Assembly (NCBI GenBank): GCA_038916785.1
Contig: JBCLBO010000002.1
Span: forward strand, 21,085 to 85,084
Direction of reading: 5' to 3'
Source of the DNA: Candidatus Hydrogenedentales bacterium
Lineage (GTDB): Bacteria; Hydrogenedentota; Hydrogenedentia; Hydrogenedentales; GCA-2746185
Length of the DNA: 64,000 nt
The stretch's first letter is position 1. The number at the start of each line of letters is the position of its first letter. The position numbers and the translations under genes are program-made. The notes beneath the pieces were generated by a model that searched no databases, had not been told where the DNA came from, and saw only the letters and a list, made by a program, of their open reading frames with translations. Of the stretch, positions 1-9,017 are shown piece by piece.

Positions 1-1694
1 CGTCGAAAGACCTGTACATCGAAAAAGATTCAAGCATCAACGACGAAATCGACAAGATGCGCCACTCGGCCACGCGCGCCCTGCTCAGCCGCCGCGACGT
101 GATCATCGTCGCCAGTGTCTCGTGCATCTACGGCATCGGCTCGCCCGAGGTGTACAACCGCATGCGCATCGACCTGGTGCCGGGCGATGTCGTCCCGCGC
201 GACGACCTCGTCGCCGGGCTCGTCGCCATGCAGTACCAGCGCAAGGACATGGACTTTCACCGCGGCACCTTCCGCGTCCGCGGCGACATCGTCGATGTCT
301 TCCCGCCCTATGAGGCGGACAAGGCGATCCGCATCGAGTTCTTCGGCGACGAGATCGAGTCCGTCGGCGAGATCGATCCGCTGCGCGGCGTGACGCTGCG
401 CAAGCTGCGCCGCACGAGCATCTACCCCGGCACGCATTACGCCACGGAGTCCTCGACGCTGGAGCACGCGATCAAGGGAATCAAGCACGAACTCCAGGAG
501 CGTTTGCAGGAGCTGCGCGCGGCGGGCCAGGAACTCTACGCCCAGCGCCTCGAACAGCGCACGCGCTACGACCTCGAAATGTTGCAGGAGATCGGCTTCT
601 GCACAGGCATTGAAAACTACTCGCGCCACCTCGACGGCCGCCAGCCGGGCGAGCCGCCCTACACGCTGCTCGATTATTTCCCGGACGATTTCCTCTGCGT
701 CATCGACGAATCGCACATCAGCGTGCCCCAGATCGGCGCGATGTACAAGGGCGATCGCGCGCGCAAGGACATGCTCGTCGAATACGGCTTCCGCCTGCCC
801 TGCGCGCGCGACAACCGCCCGCTCACCTTCGAGGAGTGGCAAAACCACATCGGCCAATGCATCTATGTGAGCGCGACCCCCGCGAAGTACGAACTCGAAA
901 AGAGCCAGGGGCTGATCGTCGAGCAGGTCGTGCGCCCGACCGGCCTGATCGATCCCGAAATCGAAGTGCGCCGCGCGGACAACCAAGTGGACGATCTGCT
1001 CGAAGAAATCCGCAAGCGCGCGGAGAAAAGCGAGCGCGTCCTGGTCACCACGCTCACCAAGCGCATGGCCGAGGACCTCACCGAGTACTACACCGACATC
1101 GGCATCCGCGTGCGCTACATGCACTCCGACGTCGAGACCCTCGAGCGTATCGAGCTCATCCGCGCGCTCCGCGCCGGCGACTACGACGTGCTGGTCGGCA
1201 TCAACCTCCTGCGCGAAGGCCTCGACCTGCCGGAGGTCTCGCTCGTCGCCATCCTCGACGCCGACAAGGAAGGATTCTTGCGCTCGGAAACCAGCCTCGT
1301 GCAGACCATCGGCCGCGCTTCGCGCCACCTCGACGGCAAGGTAATTATGTACGCCAACGTGATGACCGGCTCGATGACCCGCGCCATCGGCGAGACCGAC
1401 CGCCGCCGCGCCAAACAGGTCACCTACAACGAGGAACACGAGATCACGCCGAAGTCCATCCAAAAGGCCATCCGCGAGATCGAGCGCGTCATGCCCAACA
1501 GCAAACAGGCCCGATACCGAGCCGTCGAGCGCGCCGCCGAAGACACCATCGACTACGGCAACCTCGAAGCCACCATCGCCGACCTTCGAAAAAAAATGAA
1601 GGCCGCCGCCGAGCGCATGGAATTCGAAGAAGCCGCCATCTACCGCGACCGCCTGGTCCAGATGGAGCGCGCGCAGATCGAGCAGGGCGTGTAA
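1..1694 (+). CDS. uvrB: Excinuclease ABC subunit B (UvrB), 5' end cut by window edge
   Basis: Frame 3 is open from nt 3 ([28 protein letters not shown]...). It carries the helicase C-terminal motifs ([58 protein letters not shown]) and the C-terminal UVR motif ([11 protein letters not shown]). Stop at 1692-1694. Confidence 0.95.
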   Translation, partial: SKDLYIEKDSSINDEIDKMRHSATRALLSRRDVIIVASVSCIYGIGSPEVYNRMRIDLVPGDVVPRDDLVAGLVAMQYQRKDMDFHRGTFRVRGDIVDVFPPYEADKAIRIEFFGDEIESVGEIDPLRGVTLRKLRRTSIYPGTHYATESSTLEHAIKGIKHELQERLQELRAAGQELYAQRLEQRTRYDLEMLQEIGFCTGIENYSRHLDGRQPGEPPYTLLDYFPDDFLCVIDESHISVPQIGAMYKGDRARKDMLVEYGFRLPCARDNRPLTFEEWQNHIGQCIYVSATPAKYELEKSQGLIVEQVVRPTGLIDPEIEVRRADNQVDDLLEEIRKRAEKSERVLVTTLTKRMAEDLTEYYTDIGIRVRYMHSDVETLERIELIRALRAGDYDVLVGINLLREGLDLPEVSLVAILDADKEGFLRSETSLVQTIGRASRHLDGKVIMYANVMTGSMTRAIGETDRRRAKQVTYNEEHEITPKSIQKAIREIERVMPNSKQARYRAVERAAEDTIDYGNLEATIADLRKKMKAAAERMEFEEAAIYRDRLVQMERAQIEQGV

Positions 1695-1716
1695 CTATTT
1701 CTGCTCCGGCCAGCCT

Positions 1717-2586
1717 TCAATGGGTGCGGCGATTTTGATCTGTATTATCCAATACCTCCAATCCAAACCTGTAATGATATTTTATCCAATCATTGACTCC
1801 CCGTGCATGGCCCTCGAGTCCCGGAAAGAGACTCGAGGGGAAAATCGCCATTCTCCTCAGATCGGTCATTATGTCGTAGTGAAGCTTTCGCGGTATCACT
1901 ATCTTCAGAATCTGCGCTTCCGAAACTTCAGTTAGAGATGCTCGTAGATTCGTGTCAAAAGTTCGGTCGATTCTCCCAGGCACGAGGTACAGCGCCTGTT
2001 GTGCGCGCTCGCGGGCGTGTGGTCGGCCGGAATTCATCCACCAAACACATTCGTGGCGATTTTGGTAGAAAATCTCCCTGAATTTTGTACCGACAAGAGA
2101 TCCTACTTTGTCAACGTGGATTGACTCTCCTTCATTGTACTGAGGAATAAACACATCGTTCACAAAATGCGATTGAAGAGTAAACCGATTGACAGCCCAC
2201 ACTACGGAGTCGGATCGCGCATCACGTACGGCGAAGTAGGTCGCTACATAAGGAGACTCGGTGAAGTCCAGCAGGCGTGTCGGCCCACCGAAGTGTTGAA
2301 GCAGCGCGAGCGCCTCAAAGTCGTTTCGCGGCGATTCGCTAGTCGACAGATAGTGGTGTAGGTAGAGTTTGAATACGTCTAGCGATTGATTCTCGATTAT
2401 CGGTTCGAAGTTTCTCAAATTCGCATCGGGCTCATCGAATGCCCGTTCGAGAGTAGTCCTCAATCCCCATTCGGCCTGCGTTTGGCCACGAAAGACCCAC
2501 AAGTATCCAAATCGGTCGAACGCATTTCGAAGCTCTTCCCAGCTCTTTATTCGCAGTTCCGGGTATGGTGATCCGGGGTTGGTCAT
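1717..2586 (-). CDS. FRG-domain protein (function unknown)
   Basis: 289-aa ORF. The N-terminal YLWVFRGQTQAEWGL matches the (F/Y)RG signature of the FRG domain family. The gene is visibly AT-richer than its neighbours and converges on uvrB with a 22-nt gap. Confidence 0.6.
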   Translation of the reverse strand: MTNPGSPYPELRIKSWEELRNAFDRFGYLWVFRGQTQAEWGLRTTLERAFDEPDANLRNFEPIIENQSLDVFKLYLHHYLSTSESPRNDFEALALLQHFGGPTRLLDFTESPYVATYFAVRDARSDSVVWAVNRFTLQSHFVNDVFIPQYNEGESIHVDKVGSLVGTKFREIFYQNRHECVWWMNSGRPHARERAQQALYLVPGRIDRTFDTNLRASLTEVSEAQILKIVIPRKLHYDIMTDLRRMAIFPSSLFPGLEGHARGVNDWIKYHYRFGLEVLDNTDQNRRTH

Positions 2587-2654
2587 GATCTTGTCTCCGT
2601 AAGTCTAATAATCCCAATAACTTAGCAGTATTATAATAAAATTCACGTCCTGAC

Positions 2655-2681
2655 TAAAGTTTTCACTAAAGTTGCCGATAA
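2655..2681 (+). promoter_or_regulatory. Sigma-28 (FliA/SigD) class promoter
   Basis: TAAAGTTT (2655-2662), an 11-nt spacer, then GCCGATAA (2674-2681). This is an exact match to the TAAAGTTT-N11-GCCGATAA consensus, oriented toward the flagellin gene. Confidence 0.6.
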
Positions 2682-2689
2682 AGAACCCA

Positions 2690-3150
2690 GTTAGGCGGGA
2701 AGCCGTCTACGGGGAAACAGTTGAAGGGGACCGGGCACGGATGCCCGGGAAGAACCAACCGCAAGCGCAAGACGGTGAACTGGAGGCTCGCCGGGGCGGA
2801 TGGAGGCAAGACTGTAGTAAACGGGGGCACGCCCGGCCGGCATCGGCGAGGCGGGTCATCGTCTGTCCAGCATCGCGCGCGGTGGAAACCGGCGCGATGC
2901 GACATGAGGAGCGCGCGGGCAGTCCGCGCGCGTGGCCGAACCGGGGAAACCGGGCATCGGCCGGACGGATGAAGACCGCTGCCGCCACGAACATATCGCG
3001 CAGGGGGATCCACGCTGTATTCGGTGGCTCGGGACTGATGTTCCGGGTCGCCGCGAAGTTGTATATGTGCCCCGGGACGGGACTGGGGCGATGACCGTGG
3101 CGCACGGATTGCGCTACGGAACCGGAACGTAATTCTAAGGAGGATGTGTC
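2690..3150 (+). promoter_or_regulatory. Long GC-rich structured 5' leader of fliC, or an independent sigma-28-dependent ncRNA
   Basis: About 460 nt between the sigma-28 promoter and the fliC ATG. The stretch is open in several frames on both strands, but the translations are Arg/Gly/Pro nonsense. Strong local hairpins lie at 2731-2748 (loop CGGA), 2871-2899 (loop GGAA), 2911-2931 and 2935-2961 (loop GGAAA). The SD is AAGGAGGA, preceded by ACGGAACCGGAAC. Confidence 0.45.
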
Positions 3151-3972
3151 ATGGGATTAGTTGTCAATACGAATGTCGCGGCGATCAACACGAGCCGCAT
3201 TTTGCGTCGGTCCATGTTGGACTTGAACAAGTCACTGGAGCGCCTGTCCAGCGGCTTGCGAATCAACCGAGCGGCCGATGACGCCGCAGGGCTCACGATC
3301 GCGGAAGGTCTGCGCTCGCAGGTCAAGGGCTTTCAGGTCGTCCAGCGAAACGCGCAGGACGGCATCAGCCTCCTGCAGACCGCCGAAGGCGCGCTCAGCG
3401 ACGTTACCGCAGTCCTACAGCGCATCCGCGAACTCGCGGTGCAGTCGGCCAGCGGCACGCTGCAGGACACCCCCAACCGGACCGACATCAACGCAGAGTC
3501 GATTGAGTTGATCGCCACCATAAACGAAATCCTCGTCCGGACGACGTTCAACGGCATCAACCCCTTCGGCGCGGCGGCCGTGACTATCCAGACCGGCGTG
3601 CTCAACACGCAGACGACCGTTCTGGCCGGCACGGGCTCGATCATCAGCACCACCACGCTGGGCATCAACGCCCTCGTGATCAACACGCAAGCCAGCGCCG
3701 CCACCGCCCTGACTACACTGGACACCGCGATGGCGGCCGTGAACACCCGCCGCGCCAACCTCGGTGCCGCGCAGAACCGCCTCGAATTCACCATCAACCA
3801 GCTCGGCATCCGCGAAGAAAACGCCGCGGCCGCCGAGAGCCGTATCCGCGATGCGGACATCGCAAAGGAAACGATCGCGTTCACGCGCAACCAGATTCTG
3901 GTCAGCGCGGGCACCTCGATCCTGGCGCAAGCCAACATCGTGCCGCAGACTGCCCTTCAGCTCCTGCGGTAA
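3151..3972 (+). CDS. fliC: Flagellin
   Basis: The conserved flagellin terminal segments are present: N-terminal MGLVVNTNVAAINTSR...LSSGLRINRAADDAAGLTIAEGL and C-terminal ANLGAAQNRLEFTINQL...ILAQANIVPQTALQLLR. A strong SD lies upstream. At 273 aa it has no large variable domain. Confidence 0.95.
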   Translation: MGLVVNTNVAAINTSRILRRSMLDLNKSLERLSSGLRINRAADDAAGLTIAEGLRSQVKGFQVVQRNAQDGISLLQTAEGALSDVTAVLQRIRELAVQSASGTLQDTPNRTDINAESIELIATINEILVRTTFNGINPFGAAAVTIQTGVLNTQTTVLAGTGSIISTTTLGINALVINTQASAATALTTLDTAMAAVNTRRANLGAAQNRLEFTINQLGIREENAAAAESRIRDADIAKETIAFTRNQILVSAGTSILAQANIVPQTALQLLR

Positions 3973-3998
3973 TCCGGGGACACGCGAGGTAAACCACT

Positions 3999-4316
3999 AT
4001 GGAAATCGGCGGCGCAATACGGCAGTCGGCGAACCCGCCCGAAGCCGCTAGTGCGCCGCCGCCTCCAGCGGCGACCGCGTCGGCCCGTGCCGAAGCGGTG
4101 TCTCGCAGGCTCGTCGAGGCGCTGGCCAGAAAAGCCGCCGAGAACACGCGCGGCGGCGGCTCGAAGATTCGCGTGGATGAAGCGACCGATCGCATCGTTG
4201 TCCAGATTCTGAATGCGAACGGGGAGGTGATCAAGCAGATTCCACCCGAGGAACTCTTGCGCGCGATCGCCAAGTCACGCGAAGTGACGGGGCTGATCTT
4301 CGACCAGCAGACCTAA
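3999..4316 (+). CDS. flaG: FlaG-family flagellar protein
   Basis: 105 aa. The C-terminal DRIVVQILNANGEVIKQIPPEELL resembles the FlaG core. It lies immediately downstream of flagellin, the usual flaG position. Confidence 0.7.
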   Translation: MEIGGAIRQSANPPEAASAPPPPAATASARAEAVSRRLVEALARKAAENTRGGGSKIRVDEATDRIVVQILNANGEVIKQIPPEELLRAIAKSREVTGLIFDQQT

Positions 4317-4334
4317 CCCGAATCGATACACACG

Positions 4335-4366
4335 GCAGCCCGGAGCGCGAATACGCTCCGGGCTGC
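4335..4366 (+). terminator. Stem-loop terminator after fliC-flaG
   Basis: Perfect 13-bp stem GCAGCCCGGAGCG / CGCTCCGGGCTGC with a 6-nt loop, followed by a weak T-containing tail (GTTCTGTCTGT). Confidence 0.6.
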
Positions 4367-4426
4367 GTTCTGTCTGTAGAAGCTCCCCCAGGACATGACA
4401 CGAGGGACAGCACGCGTAGTGGCTGG

Positions 4427-4475
4427 ATCGTAGTCCGCACGCCCCGCGTGATGGCGCCTCACGCGGAGCGCGCGG
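4427..4475. terminator. Long imperfect hairpin between convergent genes (possible terminator for the minus-strand gene)
   Basis: The outer arms GATCGTAGTCCGC (4427-4439) and GCGGACTACGATC (4463-4475) pair perfectly. An inner CCGCGTGA/TCACGCGG pairing is also present. Confidence 0.4.
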
Positions 4476-4484
4476 ACTACGATC

Positions 4485-5435
4485 TCAGCCGGGTCTGCGC
4501 GCCCAGATCTGGCGCTCGATCATGGTCAGATACTCCGACCACGCCTGGCCCTTGGCCTGGGTCTCTTCGATCACGCGGTTGAACGCGTCGGTCTGCGCGT
4601 CGAGATCATCGATCAGCGCAAGCACGATCGCCTCCAGCGTCTTGGGCACCACGGGCGATCCCTGTTCCTGCGTGGCGTGGTGCGAGACGATCATATGCTG
4701 AATCTCGGCGCGCATCCCCTCGGGGAAGTCCTCGATCGCGCGCATCTTCTCGTTCGCCATGTCGAGCCCGATCGCAAGATGCCCCACCAGCTTGCCGACC
4801 GTCGTGTAGTCGATGTACAACCCCTGCGAGAGCTCCTCCGTCTTTCCCAAGTCGTGCACGAAGATGCCCATCAGGAGCAAGTCGCGCTGAAGCGCCGGGA
4901 ACAGCTCGCACATGACCTCGGCCAGCCGCGTCATCTCGTAGCAATGTTGCGCCAGCCCGCCCGGATACGCGTGGTGCCACTTCTTGCCCGCCGCGGCGTG
5001 CGCAAACTTGTCCATGAAAGACACGTCGTGAAGGAACGCGTCCGCCAACTGCCGCAGCCACGGATCCCGAATCGTACCCAGCACGCCGATGAAATTTTGC
5101 ACGCCCGCGCCGGCCGCGTCGGGCACATACATCAGGTCGGCCGAGTCGAAGTCCCCCGCCTTAAGCGGCAGGACCTGATCGACCCGGACCTGCAACCGGC
5201 CCTGATAGTTGCTCACCGTCCCGCGCACGTTCACCACATCGCCCAACTCGAAGCGGCCCGCCAGAGACTCCGCGTTGTTCCACACCACGCCGCCGACTTC
5301 GCCCGTCTTGTCGCGAAACACAAGGCCAAGAAATTTCCCGCCGCTCTGCGTGTTGCGCAGGTCCTTGCGCACGGCCACGTAGTAATCGTTCACCACGTCG
5401 CCCTCTTGCAGAATGTTCACGAACTGCTTCTTCAT
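4485..5435 (-). CDS. OB-fold plus HD-domain phosphohydrolase, YhaM-like 3'-5' exoribonuclease
   Basis: The N-terminal OB-fold pattern (GKFLGLVFRDKTGEVGGVVWNN...GDVVNVRGTVSNYQGRLQVRV) is followed by an HD domain (HHAYPGGLAQHCYEM...GIFVHDLGK). Confidence 0.75.
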   Translation of the reverse strand: MKKQFVNILQEGDVVNDYYVAVRKDLRNTQSGGKFLGLVFRDKTGEVGGVVWNNAESLAGRFELGDVVNVRGTVSNYQGRLQVRVDQVLPLKAGDFDSADLMYVPDAAGAGVQNFIGVLGTIRDPWLRQLADAFLHDVSFMDKFAHAAAGKKWHHAYPGGLAQHCYEMTRLAEVMCELFPALQRDLLLMGIFVHDLGKTEELSQGLYIDYTTVGKLVGHLAIGLDMANEKMRAIEDFPEGMRAEIQHMIVSHHATQEQGSPVVPKTLEAIVLALIDDLDAQTDAFNRVIEETQAKGQAWSEYLTMIERQIWARRPG

Positions 5436-5838
5436 CGGTCAATCGCCTCGATCCGCGCAAAACAGGGGCACGGTAGCCGTTTAACCATTCCGGTTCAACT
5501 CCCCTGGTGAAGCGCATTTCACATCAGGTAACAAAGAAAAACAACGAATCGATTGAACAGTCATTGTGAGTTCCGTCCTTTGGCGGCATCGGCGTCCAGC
5601 CGATGGAGAATGCGCCGGAATCTTCGCTTCCCGCCGAATACTGGTCCTCGTATCTAAAAGCATCTTAACCTAACCCAATACTCGTAGCATGGGCGGCCCG
5701 CCCATGCGGGTTCATGGCAGCCGGAGTCGGGTATCGTTAGAAGCTCTAAGAGCGAAGGCCCGCCCCGCATGGGCCGGAAGTCCATGCTACCAAGACCCCG
5801 CGCCTCATTCCCTCCGCGTGGGCCGGGCTTAATTCTCT

Positions 5839-6636
5839 TCACAGCGGAGCGGTCTCATCCGAAGGCCCAATCGGCGCAGGCGGATTCTCCGCCTCCAGCG
5901 GCTCCACCGCGCTCGGCTCGGGAACACGGAACAGAAACACGCGGGTGTCCAGCGTCGTGTAGCCGCTCATCGCCCCCCAGTGCACGCCGTAGATCCCGGG
6001 CTCCAGAGGCCGCCCGACTTGCAGCCGCAGCAGTTGGCCATCGGGAATATCCACCGGCTCGAGCGCCGCGGCCATCGTCCCCGCTTCCACCCACACCGTC
6101 ACGGGCGTCGACTCGCCCCCGCTTTGCGCCTCCGCCGGCACGAGCCGCGAGAGCCGCGCGTTATAGCGCGTCGTGCGATACGCGACGATGAAGGGCTCGC
6201 TCGCCGCGTCGTGCATCTCCTCCGGCAGCGCCGCGCCAAAGGCCTGCGTACCGTCCTTGAGATCGTATTCCTTCGGGACCACCCGCGTGGCCGTCGTGAA
6301 ACGCAAATCCGTGACGATATAGATGCCCGGATTGAGCGGCATCGGCCACAACGCCGCGTCCGCCTGCGCACGCGTGGAGTCATCCACCATCAGCTCGGCC
6401 GTGCCGTACCCCGTCTTCGAAAATGCGAGCCGCACAGCCCCGCGGGGCGCCGACACCCGATAGCGCCCGAGCCCGTCCGTGAGATCGGACGAAGTGGAAT
6501 CTACCGCACGAACGATCACGCCCGGCAGCGCCTCGCCGCGCACATCGGTGACCCGCCCCTGAATATACGACCGCTCGCAGGCGGGCAGAAATACCGCCGC
6601 CCCAATCAGCATCAGGACCGCGCGCAGACTCTTCAC
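5839..6636 (-). CDS. Lipoprotein with carboxypeptidase-regulatory-like N-terminal domain
   Basis: Signal peptide with lipobox (MKSLRAVLMLIGAAVFLPAC). IQGRVTDVRGEALPGVIVRAV...GRYRV resembles the CarboxypepD_reg fold. Its ATG overlaps the stop of the upstream gene by 4 nt. Confidence 0.6.
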   Translation of the reverse strand: MKSLRAVLMLIGAAVFLPACERSYIQGRVTDVRGEALPGVIVRAVDSTSSDLTDGLGRYRVSAPRGAVRLAFSKTGYGTAELMVDDSTRAQADAALWPMPLNPGIYIVTDLRFTTATRVVPKEYDLKDGTQAFGAALPEEMHDAASEPFIVAYRTTRYNARLSRLVPAEAQSGGESTPVTVWVEAGTMAAALEPVDIPDGQLLRLQVGRPLEPGIYGVHWGAMSGYTTLDTRVFLFRVPEPSAVEPLEAENPPAPIGPSDETAPL

Positions 6637-7388
6637 GGTGACGCCACCGGACGGCCGTCGCGATACACCACCACCGAATCCCGGCCCGAATGTTTAAACT
6701 TCGAAATGCTCATCACGCGATGGCCCGGATCGCTCTTGCCCTGGTCGGCGAACCTCCGCGCCGCGCCGACCTCGTCAAAAATCTCGATGTTGATGTTGTC
6801 GTAGGCCTCGTAGTTCTGGCGAAGTTCCTCGCCGAGCCGTTTCAATTCCGCTTCGGGCGTGCCCGGTTCCACCGCGATCGCCAGCCCGATCAGCGAGGCG
6901 ACCGCGCCGGGCAGGCTCTTGGCGACCTCCGGGCTGCGGCCCCACTCGCTCACGACCGTATACGCCTCTGCTTCCGAAGAATCGTTCGCGACTTCCCGGC
7001 GTTCCTGAAACGGCGCGGGCTCGCGCAACACGGACTCAAGGAGTTCGCGATTGGGGATCGGCACCGGCGGCAGCCCGGCATTTCCCCCGCCGAAGCGCAA
7101 GCGAAGCGCCTGCCGGAGTTTCTCGTTTTCGTCCTCCAGCGCACGAATCGCGTCGGACTTCTGGACGAGTTCCTCCTGCATTCGCTCGAGCGTATCTTGC
7201 AATTGGACGGCCTCTTTCTGCGATGCCGCAGCGGCGTCCGGAGCAGCCACAGACCCCGGTTTGGCCAGCCGCCCAATCTCGCTTTCCAGCACGTCCAGCG
7301 GACGCCCGGCAGCAGGTGGAGTCTGCGCAAGGGCATTCGCGCCCCAGATGTATACCCCCGCCGCGAGGATACCGCGCACCCGCCTCAT
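6633..7388 (-). CDS. Secreted coiled-coil protein, function unknown
   Basis: N-terminal signal peptide (ILAAGVYIWGANALAQ), then a heptad-like segment (LQDTLERMQEELVQKSDAIRALEDENEKLRQAL). It is translationally coupled to the 5839-6636 gene. Confidence 0.5.
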   Translation of the reverse strand: MRRVRGILAAGVYIWGANALAQTPPAAGRPLDVLESEIGRLAKPGSVAAPDAAAASQKEAVQLQDTLERMQEELVQKSDAIRALEDENEKLRQALRLRFGGGNAGLPPVPIPNRELLESVLREPAPFQERREVANDSSEAEAYTVVSEWGRSPEVAKSLPGAVASLIGLAIAVEPGTPEAELKRLGEELRQNYEAYDNINIEIFDEVGAARRFADQGKSDPGHRVMSISKFKHSGRDSVVVYRDGRPVASP

Positions 7389-7466
7389 CGCCCGCCCCCA
7401 GATCGCGTCCGCCGTCCGTCCCCAATCATACCAGCCCGGCGCGCGAGTGCGCGCGAGCCGCGCCGG

Positions 7467-9017
7467 TCAATGGCGTGTCGTGCGCCGCCGGTGCAGCGCC
7501 GCGGCTCCGGCGCACACCAGCCACGCGCCGAGCAAGGCCGTGGCCGCGGCGCCCGGCCCAGGAAGGTCCGTCAATCGCGTCATCTGCACGTCGAGCGGCG
7601 TCGCCGCGCCGGACGTGACCACCACGTTCTGCACCAGGACCGGCTCGTAGTACCACGCGGAAAACTGGAGATCGTAGGTCCCCGGCGGCAACAGCCGCGA
7701 GTAATCGCCCAAGTCCGGATCAGAAAACACCGGCTGGGTGTTCCCTATAACAGTCACCATCGCGAACACCGGATCGCTCGTGGCCGCGTCGGTCACCGTA
7801 CCGCGCACGCCCCGGTGCACCCATGCCAGATACGCCATCATCGCGTCGCGGTTGTCGTCCCAATAATCCGGCAGCAGACTTTGCGAGGGCCGCTTCGGTA
7901 TCGACAACTCGATCGTGATCTCGTCGTCGCCCAGATACCGATACATCCAATCCTGCATGCCGCCGCTGACGATGTACCAGTCGTTTCCGTTCACCGTGCC
8001 ATTCACAAACGGCCCAGCATTGTTCGCGTTCATAGGCGGATTGTTCGACGCATACGTCGTCGCCAGCCCGAGGAAGAGAGGATGGTCAGGTGTCAACGCG
8101 GGTAGCGTCGTCGGGATCGGCGGGTCCGCGTCGTAGGGATAACTCGCGACGACCGCCCCGCCATGAAAATTCGCCGACAGCACAAAGCTGTGCGCCGCCG
8201 ACCAGGCCATCAGATGCTGCACTTCCGGCTGGAGGCCGCCTAGGTCCGCGGGCCCATTCCATAGGGTCCCGGAGTAGTCCGCCGGGTAATCGGGAAAGGA
8301 ACGATTCAGATCGTATCCATTCGCGTTGAACCGCGATCCGTTTTCCAGACCGTCCGGGTTCATCAACGGCACAATCCAGATCTCCGTCCCGTTCACCAGC
8401 GCGGTGATAGTCGAATCGGTCCCGTAATTCGCAAGCAAGTGGTCGATGAAATACAAACACATCTCTACGCCCACCGGCTCGTCACCGTGCATCGTCGACA
8501 CATATTTGAACTCCGGCTCGTTCTCCTGCGCCAGCGGGTTGTCGCTGATCAGAATTGCCCAGAGTTCGCGCCCCTGGACAGACTGCCCCAGGGAAATGAG
8601 ATGCGTAATCGCGGGATACCCCGTTGCGAAGGTCTGCAACGCGCCCGTCACATCCGCATAGCTGTGGTACGTCCCCAGCCCGCCGCGAGGCTCGCCGCGC
8701 GGATACCGCGGCGGAGACGGTTGCGACGCCACGATCGTCACCGGGTAACCGCGCGACACGAGGTAGTCGTACTCGCCGCGCGTAGCAAAAATCGACGCCG
8801 CCTCCGGCGTTACGTGGTCCAGGTTAAAGCCCAGCTCGTTCAAGCGCACGAGCGTCGCCGCATCCGGCGCGCGCAGCGACAATTCATACACCGGCCCGCG
8901 CCGAGGCCCCGCAGGGTCCCCCACCAGTTGCGCGCCCGCGGAAAACACAACAAGCCCTGCAAATGCACAGGTCGCAAGGAAAAAAGTCCGATGCCCACGA
9001 AGCGTCATACAGCCCAC
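7467..9017 (-). CDS. M14-family zinc carboxypeptidase with C-terminal regulatory-like domain and hydrophobic/basic tail
   Basis: GRELWAILISDN...EPEFKYVSTMHGDEPVGVE contains the HxxE zinc motif, and NPDG follows. A signal peptide is present. The C-terminus is LPGPG, a hydrophobic stretch, then HRRRTTRH. Confidence 0.85.
   Translation of the reverse strand: MGCMTLRGHRTFFLATCAFAGLVVFSAGAQLVGDPAGPRRGPVYELSLRAPDAATLVRLNELGFNLDHVTPEAASIFATRGEYDYLVSRGYPVTIVASQPSPPRYPRGEPRGGLGTYHSYADVTGALQTFATGYPAITHLISLGQSVQGRELWAILISDNPLAQENEPEFKYVSTMHGDEPVGVEMCLYFIDHLLANYGTDSTITALVNGTEIWIVPLMNPDGLENGSRFNANGYDLNRSFPDYPADYSGTLWNGPADLGGLQPEVQHLMAWSAAHSFVLSANFHGGAVVASYPYDADPPIPTTLPALTPDHPLFLGLATTYASNNPPMNANNAGPFVNGTVNGNDWYIVSGGMQDWMYRYLGDDEITIELSIPKRPSQSLLPDYWDDNRDAMMAYLAWVHRGVRGTVTDAATSDPVFAMVTVIGNTQPVFSDPDLGDYSRLLPPGTYDLQFSAWYYEPVLVQNVVVTSGAATPLDVQMTRLTDLPGPGAAATALLGAWLVCAGAAALHRRRTTRH

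Noticed and set aside
30-1463. 477-aa ORF on the minus strand
   Set aside because: It is antisense to an unmistakable uvrB reading frame. Its composition is Ala/Arg/Asp/Gly/Val-rich with no motifs. This is a typical stop-poor antisense frame of high-GC DNA.
2666-3132. Overlapping 83-140-aa ORFs in several frames on both strands upstream of fliC
   Set aside because: Several frames are open simultaneously. The translations are Arg/Gly/Pro-rich nonsense, and there are no SD-start pairs. The region is better explained as non-coding structured RNA.
2690-3150. Possible RNase P RNA, tmRNA, or cobalamin or c-di-GMP riboswitch
   Set aside because: I could not find the diagnostic motifs on either strand. 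Missing are GAGGAAAGTCCGG and ACAGAACCCGGCTTA for RNase P, and a tag ORF plus a tRNA-like ...CCACCA end for tmRNA. Also missing are the B12 box (GCCACTG context) and the GEMM ACGCAAAGCC-type core. The class is left unassigned.
5485-5515. tRNA-like T-loop sequence GGTTCAACTCC
   Set aside because: The flanking bases do not form a T-stem (C-C mismatch at the second pair). No acceptor or anticodon arms can be drawn.
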